DNA of 63,222 bases from an uncultured Fibrobacterota bacterium (GTDB lineage Bacteria; Fibrobacterota; Chitinivibrionia; Chitinivibrionales; FEN-1185). Position 1 is the stretch's first letter; every line of letters begins with the position of its first letter. The notes under the pieces are model-generated. The model made no database searches, was not told the DNA's origin, and saw only the letters and a list, made by a program, of their open reading frames with translations. Below are positions 41,001 to 51,667 of the stretch, piece by piece. Position numbers and translations under genes: made by a program. The stretch covers positions 1 through 63,222 of the forward strand of contig CAVWBU010000052.1 of assembly GCA_963753345.1 (NCBI GenBank). Direction: 5' to 3'.

Positions 41001-42609
41001 ATGGGTGACGCGATAAAGATCACCAGGGCGCTCATAAGCGTGTCCGACAAGGCGGGAATCGTTGAATTCGCGCGGGCTCTTGCCGAATGCGGGGTCGAGA
41101 TCGTATCCACCGGAGGCACAAGCCGCCTTCTTGCCGAAAACAAGGTGCCGGTGACGCACGGTCGACTCTCTTACCGGATTTCCCGAAATCATGGACGGAC
41201 GGGTGAAGACGCTCCACCCCAAGGTCCACGGCGGGATTCTCGGGGTACGCGAAAACCCTGCGCATCTCGAACAGATGCAGAAGAACGGCATCGTGCCCAT
41301 TGATCTGGTGGTGGTGAACCTGTACCCGTTCCGGGTCACCATCGAGAAGCCGGGCGTGACCGTGGAGGAGGCGATTGAGAACATCGACATCGGCGGGCCG
41401 GCCATGATCCGGAGCGCGGCAAAGAACCACGCCTATGTGACCGTGGTGGTTGACCCTGCCGACTACGCCGCGGTCGCCCGTGCGGTGAAGAACGGCGGCG
41501 TGCCGCTTGACATGAGGAAATCCCTTGCCGTTAAGGCGTTCGGCCACACCGCCGAATACGACGGGGCGATCGACGTTTACTTTTCGCGCCGGTATCTCAA
41601 CGAGGAAGTGCTCAGGCTCTGTTATCGCAACGGCGGAGAGCTCCGGTACGGCGAAAACCCGCACCAGTCGGCAATGTTCTTTAAATCGAAGGAATGCAGC
41701 GAGCCGTGCATGGCGACCGCGGAGCAGCTTCACGGAAAGGAATTGTCCTACAACAATATCGTGGACGGCGATGCCGCGATAGAGGCGGCAAAGGAAAATG
41801 CCTCGACACCCGCCGCCGCCGTGATCAAGCACACCAACCCGTGCGGGTTTGCAACCGGGAAAACGCTTGCCGAGGCCATCGAGGCCGCATGGTCGGGCGA
41901 TCCGGTGTCGGCATTCGGCAGCGTCATCGCCGTGACGCGGACAATGGATCTGGCGGCCGCGCAGGTCCTCGGCCGAAGGTTCGTGGAGATACTTATCGCC
42001 CCGGACTTTGCACCGGACGCGCTGCAGTATCTTAAGGACAAGAGCTCGCAGCTGCGGATTCTCAAGGCGGGCGATCTGGCCAGGAAGAAGGAAGAACGGT
42101 TCGTTTACAAACACGTGGTCGGCGCGATGCTCAGGCAGGACCGCGACGTGGTGGAATGCGAAAAATGGGAAACGGTCACCACGGCGCAGTTCCCGGAAAG
42201 CAAGGCGCCGCTTGCCCGCTTCGCCTGGGCGGCGGCAAAACACACCAAGTCCAACGCAATCGTGCTCGCTCAGGAATACGCGCCGGGATTCTACCGCGTG
42301 GTGGGCATGGGCGCCGGCCAGCCCAACAGGGTGGACTCGCTCCGCAAGCTTTCCGTCACCAAGACGAGGGAGAACTTTACGTCCGAGAAAAAGGACGGGG
42401 GCCCGGATTTTGCCGAAGCGTTCGCGGAGCTGGTGCTCGCGTCCGACGCCTACTTTCCGTTTGCCGACAACATCGAGGAGGCGCACAAGGCGGGCATCCG
42501 CTATATTGTCGAGCCGGGCGGCTCAAAGCGCGACGCCGAAGTGATTGACGCATGCAACAAGTACGGCATCGCGATGGTGTTCACGGGCATGCGTCATTTC
42601 CGCCACTAG
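41001..42609 (+). CDS. purH: bifunctional AICAR transformylase/IMP cyclohydrolase (frameshift near 41160)
   Basis: [14 protein letters not shown], then [31 protein letters not shown]. Confidence 0.95.
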
Positions 42610-42698
42610 ACCGTGCCGATGTATATTAGAGGCCGTTTGTCGCGCCGGTGATTTGTCATTGACCGCCGCGGTGTCCTTTACGCATTAGACAAGGAACC

Positions 42699-44988
42699 AT
42701 GTCCGCTATGCCGAAACATCTGGTTATCGTCGAATCGCCCGCAAAGTGCAAGACCATCTCCAAGTACCTGGGCAAGAACTATTCGGTGAGGGCCACCATG
42801 GGCCACATCATCGATTTGCCGGGCAAGGAATTCGGCGTCGACATCGAGCACGATTTCAAGCCGAAATACACGGTTGCGAAAGGGAAAAACCGCATCCTCA
42901 AGGCGCTCAAGGACGACGCTGCGCATGCGGACATCGTGTATCTCGCTCCCGACCCCGACCGCGAAGGGGAGGCCATTGCCTGGCACGTGGCCCAGAACAT
43001 TGCCAAGGCGAATGCGAACATCAAGCGCGTGCAGTTCAACGAAATCACCAAGCCCGCGGTGCTGGATGCCATCGCCCACCCGGGTGACATCGATATGAAC
43101 AAGGTGAACGCGCAGCAGGCGAGGAGGATCCTCGACAGGATCGTTGGGTACCAGATATCGCCCATCCTCTGGCGCACGGTGTTTCGCGGCCTGTCGGCGG
43201 GCCGCGTGCAGTCGGTGGCCCTGCGGCTCATCTGCGAACGCGAGGACGAAATCAAAGCATTTGTCAAGAGGGAATACTGGTCGATTCATTCCCAGCACCA
43301 GTACAAGGGCATAGAGTTTTGGGCGAAACTCCTATCGGTTGACGGTGCAAAGGTGCAGACGGTAGAGCAAGCCTGCGTGGTCTTGCCGAATGCCGCCGCG
43401 GCCAAAACCGTGATGGAACGGCTCAACAACAAGCCGTTCACCGTCATCGATGTGCAGCGTGTGGAAAAATCGCGAAGACCCTATCCACCGTTCATCACTA
43501 GCACGCTCCAGCAGGAAGCGGCGCGCAAGCTCAATTTCTCCGCGACAAAGACCATGATCATCGCACAGCAGCTTTACGAAGGACTCGAGCTGGGAGAATT
43601 GGGCAGCATGGGTCTCATCACCTACATGCGCACCGATTCCACGCGCATAGCGCAGGAAGCGCTGGCGGGCGCGCGTAAGTTCATCGCGTCGCAGTACGGC
43701 AACAAATACCTTCCGCAGGAACCAAGGGTGTATGCAAGCAGTAAAAACGCGCAGGACGCGCACGAGGCCATCCGTCCTTCCCAGGTGTCGCTGGAATTCT
43801 CACCCGACAAGGTACACGCTTATCTGAGCAAGGACCAGCAGCGGCTCTACGAGCTGATATGGAAGCGATTTCTCGCTTCACAGATGGAAAACGCACTATA
43901 CGATTCCACCCGTATCGACCTGGCGTCGGCCGGATGCACGTTCCGCGCCACGGGTTCCATCCAGAAATTCGACGGGTTTCTCGCTCTGTACGAGGAAACG
44001 ACCGAAGAGAATCGTCGCCGAGAACGGGGAAGACGAGAACGTGCGGCTTCCCGAGGTGGAGGCGAACGCGACGGTAGCGCTTCAGAAACTGTCCGACAAA
44101 CAGCATTTCACCCAGCCGCCGCCGCGGTATTCCGAGGCCGCGCTCGTGCGTGAACTCGAGGACAAGGGCATCGGCAGGCCGAGCACCTACGCGCAAATCA
44201 TCGACACGCTCAAGCGCCGGAAATACGTGGGCGTCGACAACAAGCGGTTTATACCCACCGAAGTGGGCTACATGGTGAAGGACATTCTGGTGAAGCAGTT
44301 TTCCGACGTGTTCGACGTCGGGTTCACCGCCACCATGGAAAACTCGCTGGACAAAGTGGAATTGGGCGAGGCCGACTGGGTGGCGGTGCTCAAGGACTTT
44401 TACGGGCCGTTTTCACGGCGGTTGGAGGGCGTCAAGGCCAACATTAAGGACCTCAAGGCGGCCAACCAGACGATTACGGGCCGCACCTGCCCCGAGTGCG
44501 GGAAGTTCCCACTCGTGGTCAAGTGGAGCAAAAACGGCAAGTTCCTCGCATGTCAGGGGTTTCCCGCGTGCCGCTACACCGAGCCCTTCGAGAAGGTGGC
44601 TCCGCAACAGTCCGGAGAGAAATGCGACAAGTGCGGCGCGCCCATGGTGGTGCTCAACATCAACGGCAACCGGTTCCTCGGCTGCTCGCGGTACCCGGAA
44701 TGCAGGAACACCAAGTCGATATCAACCGGCGTCGCGTGCCCGCGCGAGGGCTGCACGGGCCAGCTCATTGAGCGTAAAACCAAGCGCGGCCGCCTGTTTT
44801 TCGGGTGCAACACCTACCCGAAATGCACCTTTGCGACATGGGACAGGCCGGTCGCGAAGAAATGCCCGCACTGCGGGTTCGGCATCCTCGTGTTCAAGGA
44901 CACAAAACGCAAAGGCGCGTATCACCGTTGCCCGCAATGCAGGACCGAGTATCCCATCATCGAACCGAGCGCGGTCGAAGCACAGTAA
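42699..44988 (+). CDS. topA: DNA topoisomerase I (frameshift near 44010)
   Basis: IVESPAK, DPDREGE, SAGRVQS, ITYMRTD, AHEAIRP, then GIGRPSTY and C-terminal zinc ribbons. Confidence 0.95.
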
Positions 44989-45025
44989 GCGCGGCTCCGG
45001 CGTTGCTCCCCCACGAGTCGACAAG

Positions 45026-46348
45026 ATGCGTTCCATCGGAATCATCGGCGCGGGTCTTGCCGGATGCGAAGCGGCACTCGCGCTCGCGCGGCGCGGCGTG
45101 GCGGTCACGCTGTACGAGATGCGGCCGGCGAAAATGACGCCGGCGCACGCGACCGGCCTTCCCGCCGAGCTGGTCTGCTCCAATTCGCTTAAGTCAACAG
45201 AACTCCCCGGTGCGCAGGCCCTGCTCAAGGAGGAGCTTTCGCTGCTGTCAAGCCCGCTCCTTTCGTGCGCAAAAAGAGGCGCGATACCCGCAGGCAAGGC
45301 CCTTGCGGTCGACAGAAAGGCATTTTCGGCCGCCGTTCTGTCCGAACTGCGCGACGTATCCGGCATCACGCTTGAAACGCGAGAAATTGCGGAGCCGCCG
45401 CCTGTGCACGATGCGGTCATCGTCGCAACGGGCCCCCTGTCGTCCGACGCGATCGTTGCGTGGCTGGCTGCCGCGGTCTCGCGGGAAGCGCTCCATTTTT
45501 ACGACGCCATTGCGCCCATTGTGGCTGCGGAATCCATCGACATGTCGAAGGCGTTCTTCGGTTCGCGGTGGCGGCCCTTGGAAAAGGACTACTGCAACTG
45601 CCCGTTTACGGAAGAGGAATACGATGCGTTCCTCGGCGCGATAGCGGCCGCCGAAACCGCAGAGAGACACCCGTTCGAGGAGGAGAAGTATTTCGAGGCA
45701 TGCCTGCCTCTCGACATCGTGGCAAAGCGCGGCCGACTGGCGATGGCCTACGGCCCGCTTAAGCCCGTTGGATTTGACGACCCGAAGACCGGAAAGCGGC
45801 CGTTTGCTGTATGTCAACTGAGGCGCGAGGACGCGGCCGGAGCGAGCTTCGGCCTCGTCGCCTGCCAGTCGCGGCTCAAACAGGGCGAGCAGCAGTGCGT
45901 GTTCAGGATGATTCCGGGCCTAGAGCACGCGGAGTTCCTCCGCTGGGGCTCCTGCCACCGAAACACCTACATGGATTCGCCGGAATTGCTGAACCCGAAT
46001 CTTTCGCTCAGGAAAATGCCCACGGTATTTCTCGCCGGCCAGCTGTGCGGCGGCGAAGGGTACATGGAGAGCATCGCAACGGGCATGCTGGCGGCGTTGT
46101 TTGCGGAAGCGGCTGTTTCCGGAAAGTCAATAGAACCGCCGCCGGAAACCACGGCGCTCGGCGGGCTGCTCCGCCATGTTACCGGGTCGCCGGTGCGGCC
46201 GTTTTCGCCGAGCAGCTTTCATTTTGGCCTGCTGCCGCCGCTTGAACTTTCAACAAGGAAGGCGCCGAAGCGGGAACGGCACATGCGGCTGTGTGAAAGA
46301 GCACTTGCAGATTTGAAGAAGTGGTTGAAAGAAATAGATAAAATATAG
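45026..46348 (+). CDS. trmFO: methylenetetrahydrofolate:tRNA U54 methyltransferase
   Basis: IIGAGLAGCEAA, AELVCSNS, FYDAIAP, HRNTY; follows topA. Confidence 0.92.
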   Translation: MRSIGIIGAGLAGCEAALALARRGVAVTLYEMRPAKMTPAHATGLPAELVCSNSLKSTELPGAQALLKEELSLLSSPLLSCAKRGAIPAGKALAVDRKAFSAAVLSELRDVSGITLETREIAEPPPVHDAVIVATGPLSSDAIVAWLAAAVSREALHFYDAIAPIVAAESIDMSKAFFGSRWRPLEKDYCNCPFTEEEYDAFLGAIAAAETAERHPFEEEKYFEACLPLDIVAKRGRLAMAYGPLKPVGFDDPKTGKRPFAVCQLRREDAAGASFGLVACQSRLKQGEQQCVFRMIPGLEHAEFLRWGSCHRNTYMDSPELLNPNLSLRKMPTVFLAGQLCGGEGYMESIATGMLAALFAEAAVSGKSIEPPPETTALGGLLRHVTGSPVRPFSPSSFHFGLLPPLELSTRKAPKRERHMRLCERALADLKKWLKEIDKI

Positions 46349-46350
46349 GC

Positions 46351-46664
46351 GGGGGAAGTTTCCTCTAGGCAGAAGTTGAGAGGTTGAGAAGTTGAGGAGT
46401 TGAGAAGAAAAGCGTTGAAGAGTTGAATAGTTGAAACGTTGAAAAGAATAAGAGCCGACCGATTTGTGGCGAACGCCAAAAGGCGCAAATAGAAATGCTT
46501 GACTGAAGAGAATCTTGATGCCGCGCGTTAGGGGCGACTGGAGGTCCCGCCAAAGCGGGATGCCGCCCGGACCCGGCCCTGTGGGCCATAGGGCCGTGGC
46601 GGCTCGAGGGCAAGGCCCGAGACCGGAAGGAGAACCGACCCGAGCGCAGCGAGGGAAACGCCCA
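46351..46664 (+). repeat. composite element with A reduced to its first hairpin
   Basis: GGGGGAAGTTTCCTCT, octamer arrays 46374-46444, C, TTGACT 46499, B 46520-46664. Confidence 0.88.
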
Positions 46665-46786
46665 ACTCCTTTCTTTATTAAATATTGTTATAGCAAGTCC
46701 TGTTTTGGAAAACCACGTCACCGAACTATATTTTATTGGTTGCTGCCGATTCATCAATTGCCCCTATTCCGCCGAAAGGAACATGC

Positions 46787-47512
46787 ATGAACATTCCAAT
46801 CCTAGAAATGATACTGCGCTCCGGATGGGTGGCGCGGTGCATTCTCGTTCTCCTCGGAATTTTCTCCGTGGTCACCTGGGCGGTGATCTTCAACCGGTTC
46901 TACTACGTGGGCAGGGCGTCGAAGCGCAACAGGCTCTTTTTGCGGAAATATCGCTCCATGAAGGCGCTTGTCGAAATAGAAAAGGCCGATGCGACGCTCC
47001 TCGCTTCTCCCATGGGCGCGCTCGGGCTCAAGGGCGTGAGCGAGTTCAAACGCATCCTCGATGATGCAACCGCGCACGCCGGGATACGGGACGCGGCGTT
47101 CTTTATCCAGAACCAGTTCGCCATCACCCTGGAGCGGATCGATTCGGCGTTCGCCGGGATATCGAGGAAACTGGACAGCGGGCTTATCATGCTCGCCATA
47201 TCCGCCTCGGTATGCCCGTTTCTCGGACTCCTCGGCACGGTGTGGGGGATCATGGACTCGTTCTACGAGATAGGCAACCAGGGGTCGGCGAGCCTTCCGG
47301 TGGTGGCGCCCGGCATTGCCGAGGCTCTGGTCGTGACGCTCGTGGGCCTCGCGGTGGCCATCCCGGCCGTTCTCTTTTACAATTATTTCGTGCATCGCGC
47401 GGACCGGATCGAAAACGAACTCGATGAATTCAAGAACCTTCTGTTCTCGCATTTGAAGCGCGAAATATTGGACGTCCTCTTTCGCGACAACAAGGGCGCA
47501 AAGGCCGTATGA
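46787..47512 (+). CDS. tolQ: TolQ/ExbB proton channel
   Basis: PFLGLLGTVWGIM, VAPGIAEAL. Confidence 0.9.
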   Translation: MNIPILEMILRSGWVARCILVLLGIFSVVTWAVIFNRFYYVGRASKRNRLFLRKYRSMKALVEIEKADATLLASPMGALGLKGVSEFKRILDDATAHAGIRDAAFFIQNQFAITLERIDSAFAGISRKLDSGLIMLAISASVCPFLGLLGTVWGIMDSFYEIGNQGSASLPVVAPGIAEALVVTLVGLAVAIPAVLFYNYFVHRADRIENELDEFKNLLFSHLKREILDVLFRDNKGAKAV

Positions 47513-47925
47513 AGTCACGGAAAAGGCTGAAGGCCATCGCCGACCTGAACATCACCAACCTCGTGGACGTGGTGTTCACGCTGCTTATCATTTTTATGAT
47601 CACCGCGCCCATGATGACGCAGGGTGTGCAGGTTGATCTTCCCAAGGCCGAGGCGGAAAACGTCGAGGTGAACGATTACATCCAGGTGTCGATCAACGGC
47701 CGCAGCGAGATATTCATAGACCAGGAGCGCATCAATCTGGGCGATTTCAAGAAGCGCTTCCGGGAAGTGTTCCGCGGCCGCATCAAGACGCCGGTGTTCA
47801 TCAACGCCGACAAGAAAGTTCCCTACGGCCTGGTGATCCGCGTGATAGCCGACATCCAGAACGCCGGGGTGGTCAAACTCGGGTTCCTCACGCTGCCGGT
47901 CAAAGAGGGAGCTGGTGGGTCGTGA
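47509..47925 (+). CDS. tolR: TolR/ExbD
   Basis: NITNLVDVVFTLLIIFMITAP, ADKKVPYG. Confidence 0.9.
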   Translation: MKSRKRLKAIADLNITNLVDVVFTLLIIFMITAPMMTQGVQVDLPKAEAENVEVNDYIQVSINGRSEIFIDQERINLGDFKKRFREVFRGRIKTPVFINADKKVPYGLVIRVIADIQNAGVVKLGFLTLPVKEGAGGS

Positions 47926-48593
47926 CGGCACTGTCTGCCGCAGCACCCGGCCGGCCTCAGGCAGTGGCGCCGCTCGGCGGATCTTTTGCGCCGGTGGTGG
48001 TCGCCTCGCTTGTGCTCCATATAATGATCTTTGCGGGCATCCCGCTTGCCGCACGGCTGCTCTACCGTTCCACGGTCTACGAGCGTCCCAAGACATTCAC
48101 CCTTGTAAACATGCCGGTGCAGGCCGTCCAGGCGGTGAGGCAGGCGGTGCAGAACAAGCCCAAGGCGACAACGCCGGTCCCTGCCAAGAAACGGGCGAGA
48201 AGCGCGGGGAAAACCGAGGACAAGCCTGAGGAAAAGAAGGACGAGCTTAACGAATTGCTGGATGCGATTCCAGCGTCCGTATCTGATATCTCGGCCGGCC
48301 AGTCGTTCAAGTACGCATGGTACCTCAACAGCGTGATATCGAAGGTCGAGGAGAATTGGAAGCCGCCCATGGGGCTCACCGACCGCAAGGACGCGGCCGC
48401 GACCGTGGTGTTCACCATTTTGTCATCGGGCGAGATTTCCGGAGTGTCAATCGCCGGGTCGTCGGGCGTCCCGACCCTCGACAACATGGCCGCCAAGGCC
48501 GTGAAGGCGGCAGCGCCGTTCGGCAAGCTGCCCGTGGGCTTTCAGGGAGACAGGCTCGATATCAAGTACGTGCTGCACTATGTCAAACAGTAA
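47922..48593 (+). CDS. tolA: TolA/TonB C-terminal domain protein
   Basis: TM with SLVLH, Lys-rich linker, SSGVPTLD..AAPF; position in operon. Confidence 0.75.
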   Translation: MTALSAAAPGRPQAVAPLGGSFAPVVVASLVLHIMIFAGIPLAARLLYRSTVYERPKTFTLVNMPVQAVQAVRQAVQNKPKATTPVPAKKRARSAGKTEDKPEEKKDELNELLDAIPASVSDISAGQSFKYAWYLNSVISKVEENWKPPMGLTDRKDAAATVVFTILSSGEISGVSIAGSSGVPTLDNMAAKAVKAAAPFGKLPVGFQGDRLDIKYVLHYVKQ

Positions 48594-49860
48594 CAGGGAA
48601 AGGTGTCTCCACGTGTCAATCAGACTTCTCAGGACGGCAGTGATGGTGAGCGCATGTCTTTCAACATGCGCGTTCTCCGAGCGTATCACCCTCGAATCGT
48701 ACGCCGGCAACCTCGACAGCATTTCCATAGCAATCATGCCGTTCAAGATCGCGGGAGACGGGCATATCGCCAAGGACGAACCCTGGAAGGTCATTGCCGC
48801 CGACCTTGAGTTTTCCGGCAGGTTTACTTTGTACCGGATCACGAAGACCGACAGCACCTTGTTTGCGGAAAAGAATATTCCGATCTATGTTGACGGAACC
48901 TGCGAAACGTTCGGCCAGCAGTATGTCCGCGTGGACTGCTTCCTGCGCGATGCGAAATCGGGGAGCGCGCTTGTCGAAAAGAAATACGAGGCCGACGTGC
49001 GGCACCTGAAGCCCGTGGGCAACAAATTTGCAAACGAGCTCGTGCGTATGCTGTTCAACGTGAAAGGCATTTTTGAGAGCAAAATGCTTTTTGTAAAGGA
49101 CGAAGGCGCGAAGAAGAACATCTGGATCATGGACTGGGACGGCGACAACATGCACGCGCTTACCGCGACCTCCGCCATAAACATCTTCCCGACCTTTGTC
49201 GATTCGTCGACCTTCCTCTGGACGTCGTTTATCCGCGGTCATCCCGACATTTACAAGGCGACCATCGGCGGCAGGGGCGGGGCGATAATGTCGAGCAGGT
49301 ACATCCAGACGTCGCCCGCGTATTCGCCCATCACCGGAAGGGTGGCGTTCGCGTCGTCGCGCGACGGCAACATGGAGATTTACACCTGCGACCTCGACGG
49401 CACCAACCTCAAGCGGCTCACCAAGGCGCCCTCCATCGAGACGGCGCCGCGCTGGTCGCCGAACGGGTACCAGATCGCCTTCACGTCCGACAGGACCGGC
49501 GCGCCCCGCATATTCGTGATGGACGCCGACGGCACCAACGTTCACCAGCTTGTGTTTGAGGGCGGGTACCAGGACTCGCCGGCCTGGTCCCCGAAAGGGG
49601 ACAAGATCGCCTACCAGTGCATGGCCGGCGGCAAGTTCGAAATATTCACCGTGCAGACCGACCACACAAACGTCTTCCAGGTGACCAACTGCCCGGGAAA
49701 CAACGAGTATCCTGCCTGGGCGGCCGACGGCGAGCACCTTGTGTTTTCGAGCAGCCGCGGCGGGTCCACCGATTTGTACGCAATCAGGGCCGACGGTACG
49801 CATTTGACAAGGCTGACGAACATCGGAAACGCGAAGATGCCGGACTGGGGCAATTGGTAG
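48580..49860 (+). CDS. tolB: TolB
   Basis: ADLEFSGRF N-domain and PD40 repeats (WSPNG..IAFTSDR); true start may be GTG 48613. Confidence 0.88.
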   Translation: MSNSNRERCLHVSIRLLRTAVMVSACLSTCAFSERITLESYAGNLDSISIAIMPFKIAGDGHIAKDEPWKVIAADLEFSGRFTLYRITKTDSTLFAEKNIPIYVDGTCETFGQQYVRVDCFLRDAKSGSALVEKKYEADVRHLKPVGNKFANELVRMLFNVKGIFESKMLFVKDEGAKKNIWIMDWDGDNMHALTATSAINIFPTFVDSSTFLWTSFIRGHPDIYKATIGGRGGAIMSSRYIQTSPAYSPITGRVAFASSRDGNMEIYTCDLDGTNLKRLTKAPSIETAPRWSPNGYQIAFTSDRTGAPRIFVMDADGTNVHQLVFEGGYQDSPAWSPKGDKIAYQCMAGGKFEIFTVQTDHTNVFQVTNCPGNNEYPAWAADGEHLVFSSSRGGSTDLYAIRADGTHLTRLTNIGNAKMPDWGNW

Positions 49861-49886
49861 ATGAAGCGAAGCATGGAGGCAAATTC

Positions 49887-50339
49887 ATGGAGCCCGTTAC
49901 CCATTTTGATCTGAACAAATATCTTGGAAGATGGTACGAAATCGCGCGCATGCCTGCGGGTTTCGAAAACAACCTGATTCAGGTGACCGCGACGTATTCA
50001 CTTCGGAATGACGGCAAGGTCAGGGTTGAAAATGCAGGTGTTGACGCCAGGTCGTCAAAAAGGAAAATGGCGATCGGGAAGGCGAAGTTTGCCAGAAACG
50101 CGGACACAGGGTATCTTAAGGTATCATTTTTCGGGCCCTTCTATGCGGATTATGTTATTCTTGAATTGGATCAGGATTACCGGTACGCAATGATTGCGAG
50201 TTCCAGGAAGTATTTGTGGATATTGTCAAGAGAGCCCTCTCTTGAAAAGACGACGCTTGACAGGTTGATGGAAAAAGCGAAGAACCTCGGATTTGCAACG
50301 GAAAAACTGTACTTCACTCCGCAGATCAACAATGTTTGA
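49887..50339 (+). CDS. blc: Blc-like lipocalin without signal peptide
   Basis: YLGRWYEIAR, LKVSFFGPFY, YLWILSR; GGAGG RBS. Confidence 0.88.
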   Translation: MEPVTHFDLNKYLGRWYEIARMPAGFENNLIQVTATYSLRNDGKVRVENAGVDARSSKRKMAIGKAKFARNADTGYLKVSFFGPFYADYVILELDQDYRYAMIASSRKYLWILSREPSLEKTTLDRLMEKAKNLGFATEKLYFTPQINNV

Positions 50340-50376
50340 AATGAACCTGAACTTCTTCAAAGGCAGGCAGGTCACT

Positions 50377-51123
50377 ATGAAAATCAGCCGGATCATCATC
50401 ATCCCAGCATCCATCATTTTTTGCATGCTTCTCTCCTCCTGCTCCTCCATCACCCTGATCCGCATACAGGAGCTCAAGCAGGTGGAGGCACACGTGGATT
50501 CCCTGAAAGCAATGGTCGACTCCGAGCAGCAGGCGCTGCGGAATGAGGAGAAAAGCCAGAACGAGCTGCTCCGCCTCATCCGCGCGGACATGCAGGTGCG
50601 GTTCGAGGAGCTCGGCCAGAAGATCGGGGCGCTCGAGGGCAGTTTGTCGGAAAGCAAATTCAAACTGTCGCTCATCGACAAGAAGACACAGGAGATCCAG
50701 GACCAGTGGAAGGCCAAGGCGGTGTCGGATTCGGTTTCCGCGTCCCAGAAGAACACCCAGGTGGAGAAGATGTACCAGATCGCGTGCGGCGATTACAACG
50801 CGTCGCGCTGGGACCTCGCGGCCAGCGGCTTTTTGGACCTTGTCACCCAGTACCCGGAATCGCCCCTTGCCGACGAGTCGTCGTACTGGTACGCGGAGTG
50901 CTTTGCGAGCAAGAAAGATTTTGACAAGGCAGAACAGCTCCTCTCGGACTACCTCAGAAAATTCCGCAACGGAAAGAAAGTCTGCGCCTCGCTCTATTCG
51001 CTGGGTCTCGTGTTTGAAACCAAGAAACTGCCGGACAAGAAGAAGCTGGTGTGGCAGAAGCTTCTGTCAACCTGCCCCGATTCGCCCGAGGCCAAGGCCG
51101 TTAAGGAGAAGATGGGGAAGTAA
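50377..51123 (+). CDS. cpoB: CpoB/YbgF-like coiled-coil TPR lipoprotein
   Basis: lipobox-like LSSC, coiled coil, TPRs (YPESPLAD..YWYAE). Confidence 0.75.
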   Translation: MKISRIIIIPASIIFCMLLSSCSSITLIRIQELKQVEAHVDSLKAMVDSEQQALRNEEKSQNELLRLIRADMQVRFEELGQKIGALEGSLSESKFKLSLIDKKTQEIQDQWKAKAVSDSVSASQKNTQVEKMYQIACGDYNASRWDLAASGFLDLVTQYPESPLADESSYWYAECFASKKDFDKAEQLLSDYLRKFRNGKKVCASLYSLGLVFETKKLPDKKKLVWQKLLSTCPDSPEAKAVKEKMGK

Positions 51124-51174
51124 AGATGGGGCAGGTGGGCCGGTGAAAATGTTTTGCAAATCAATTAAAAGACT

Positions 51175-51612
51175 TGGGCGCCCCGCCGCAGTGCGGCGGC
51201 GGCCCTCCTTCCAGGCTCGGCCTATCGGCCTCGTTGCCGCCAGCCACGAGGGCCCTGCGGGCCGTGGTCTGGCGGCAATGCGCTCCAGCGCACCTTTCAG
51301 TCCGGCCTGGCGCGCGGCAACGGAATTCCATTAAGTCAATTACTTCTTTTCGCGCCAATTGACATCCGCAAAATTAAATCGATAGAGGCTTCTTTTGCTA
51401 ATTGTCAATTTCTCAACTCTTTAACGCTTCAACTATTCAACGTTTCAACTTTTCAACTACTCTCCGTGGGTGCCCCCGCACAGGTGACTGGTTTTACAAC
51501 TACTTCCACTTAGGGTGCACCCAGGAGGGGGTAGCGGAGGACCGAACGCGCCTCCGGGATGTTTCCTTGTAAACCGGCGCGGACGGGCCGGAGCGAGGGG
51601 GAAACTTCCCCC
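51175..51612 (-). repeat. composite element, full, minus strand, B' subtype
   Basis: A 51469-51612, octamer array about 51405-51458, C 51350-51370, TTGACT 51339-51334, B' 51175-51318. Confidence 0.9.
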
Positions 51613-51667
51613 ACTAAGGATGGTATTCACAAGAGATAATTAAAAAAGGGAGAAAAACTCAAGAAGC

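Noticed and set aside
46520-46664. Module B as RNase P, SRP, 6S, tmRNA or group II intron domain V
   Set aside because: I could not find their signature motifs, and 14 divergent copies is not expected for housekeeping RNAs; an Rfam search is still needed
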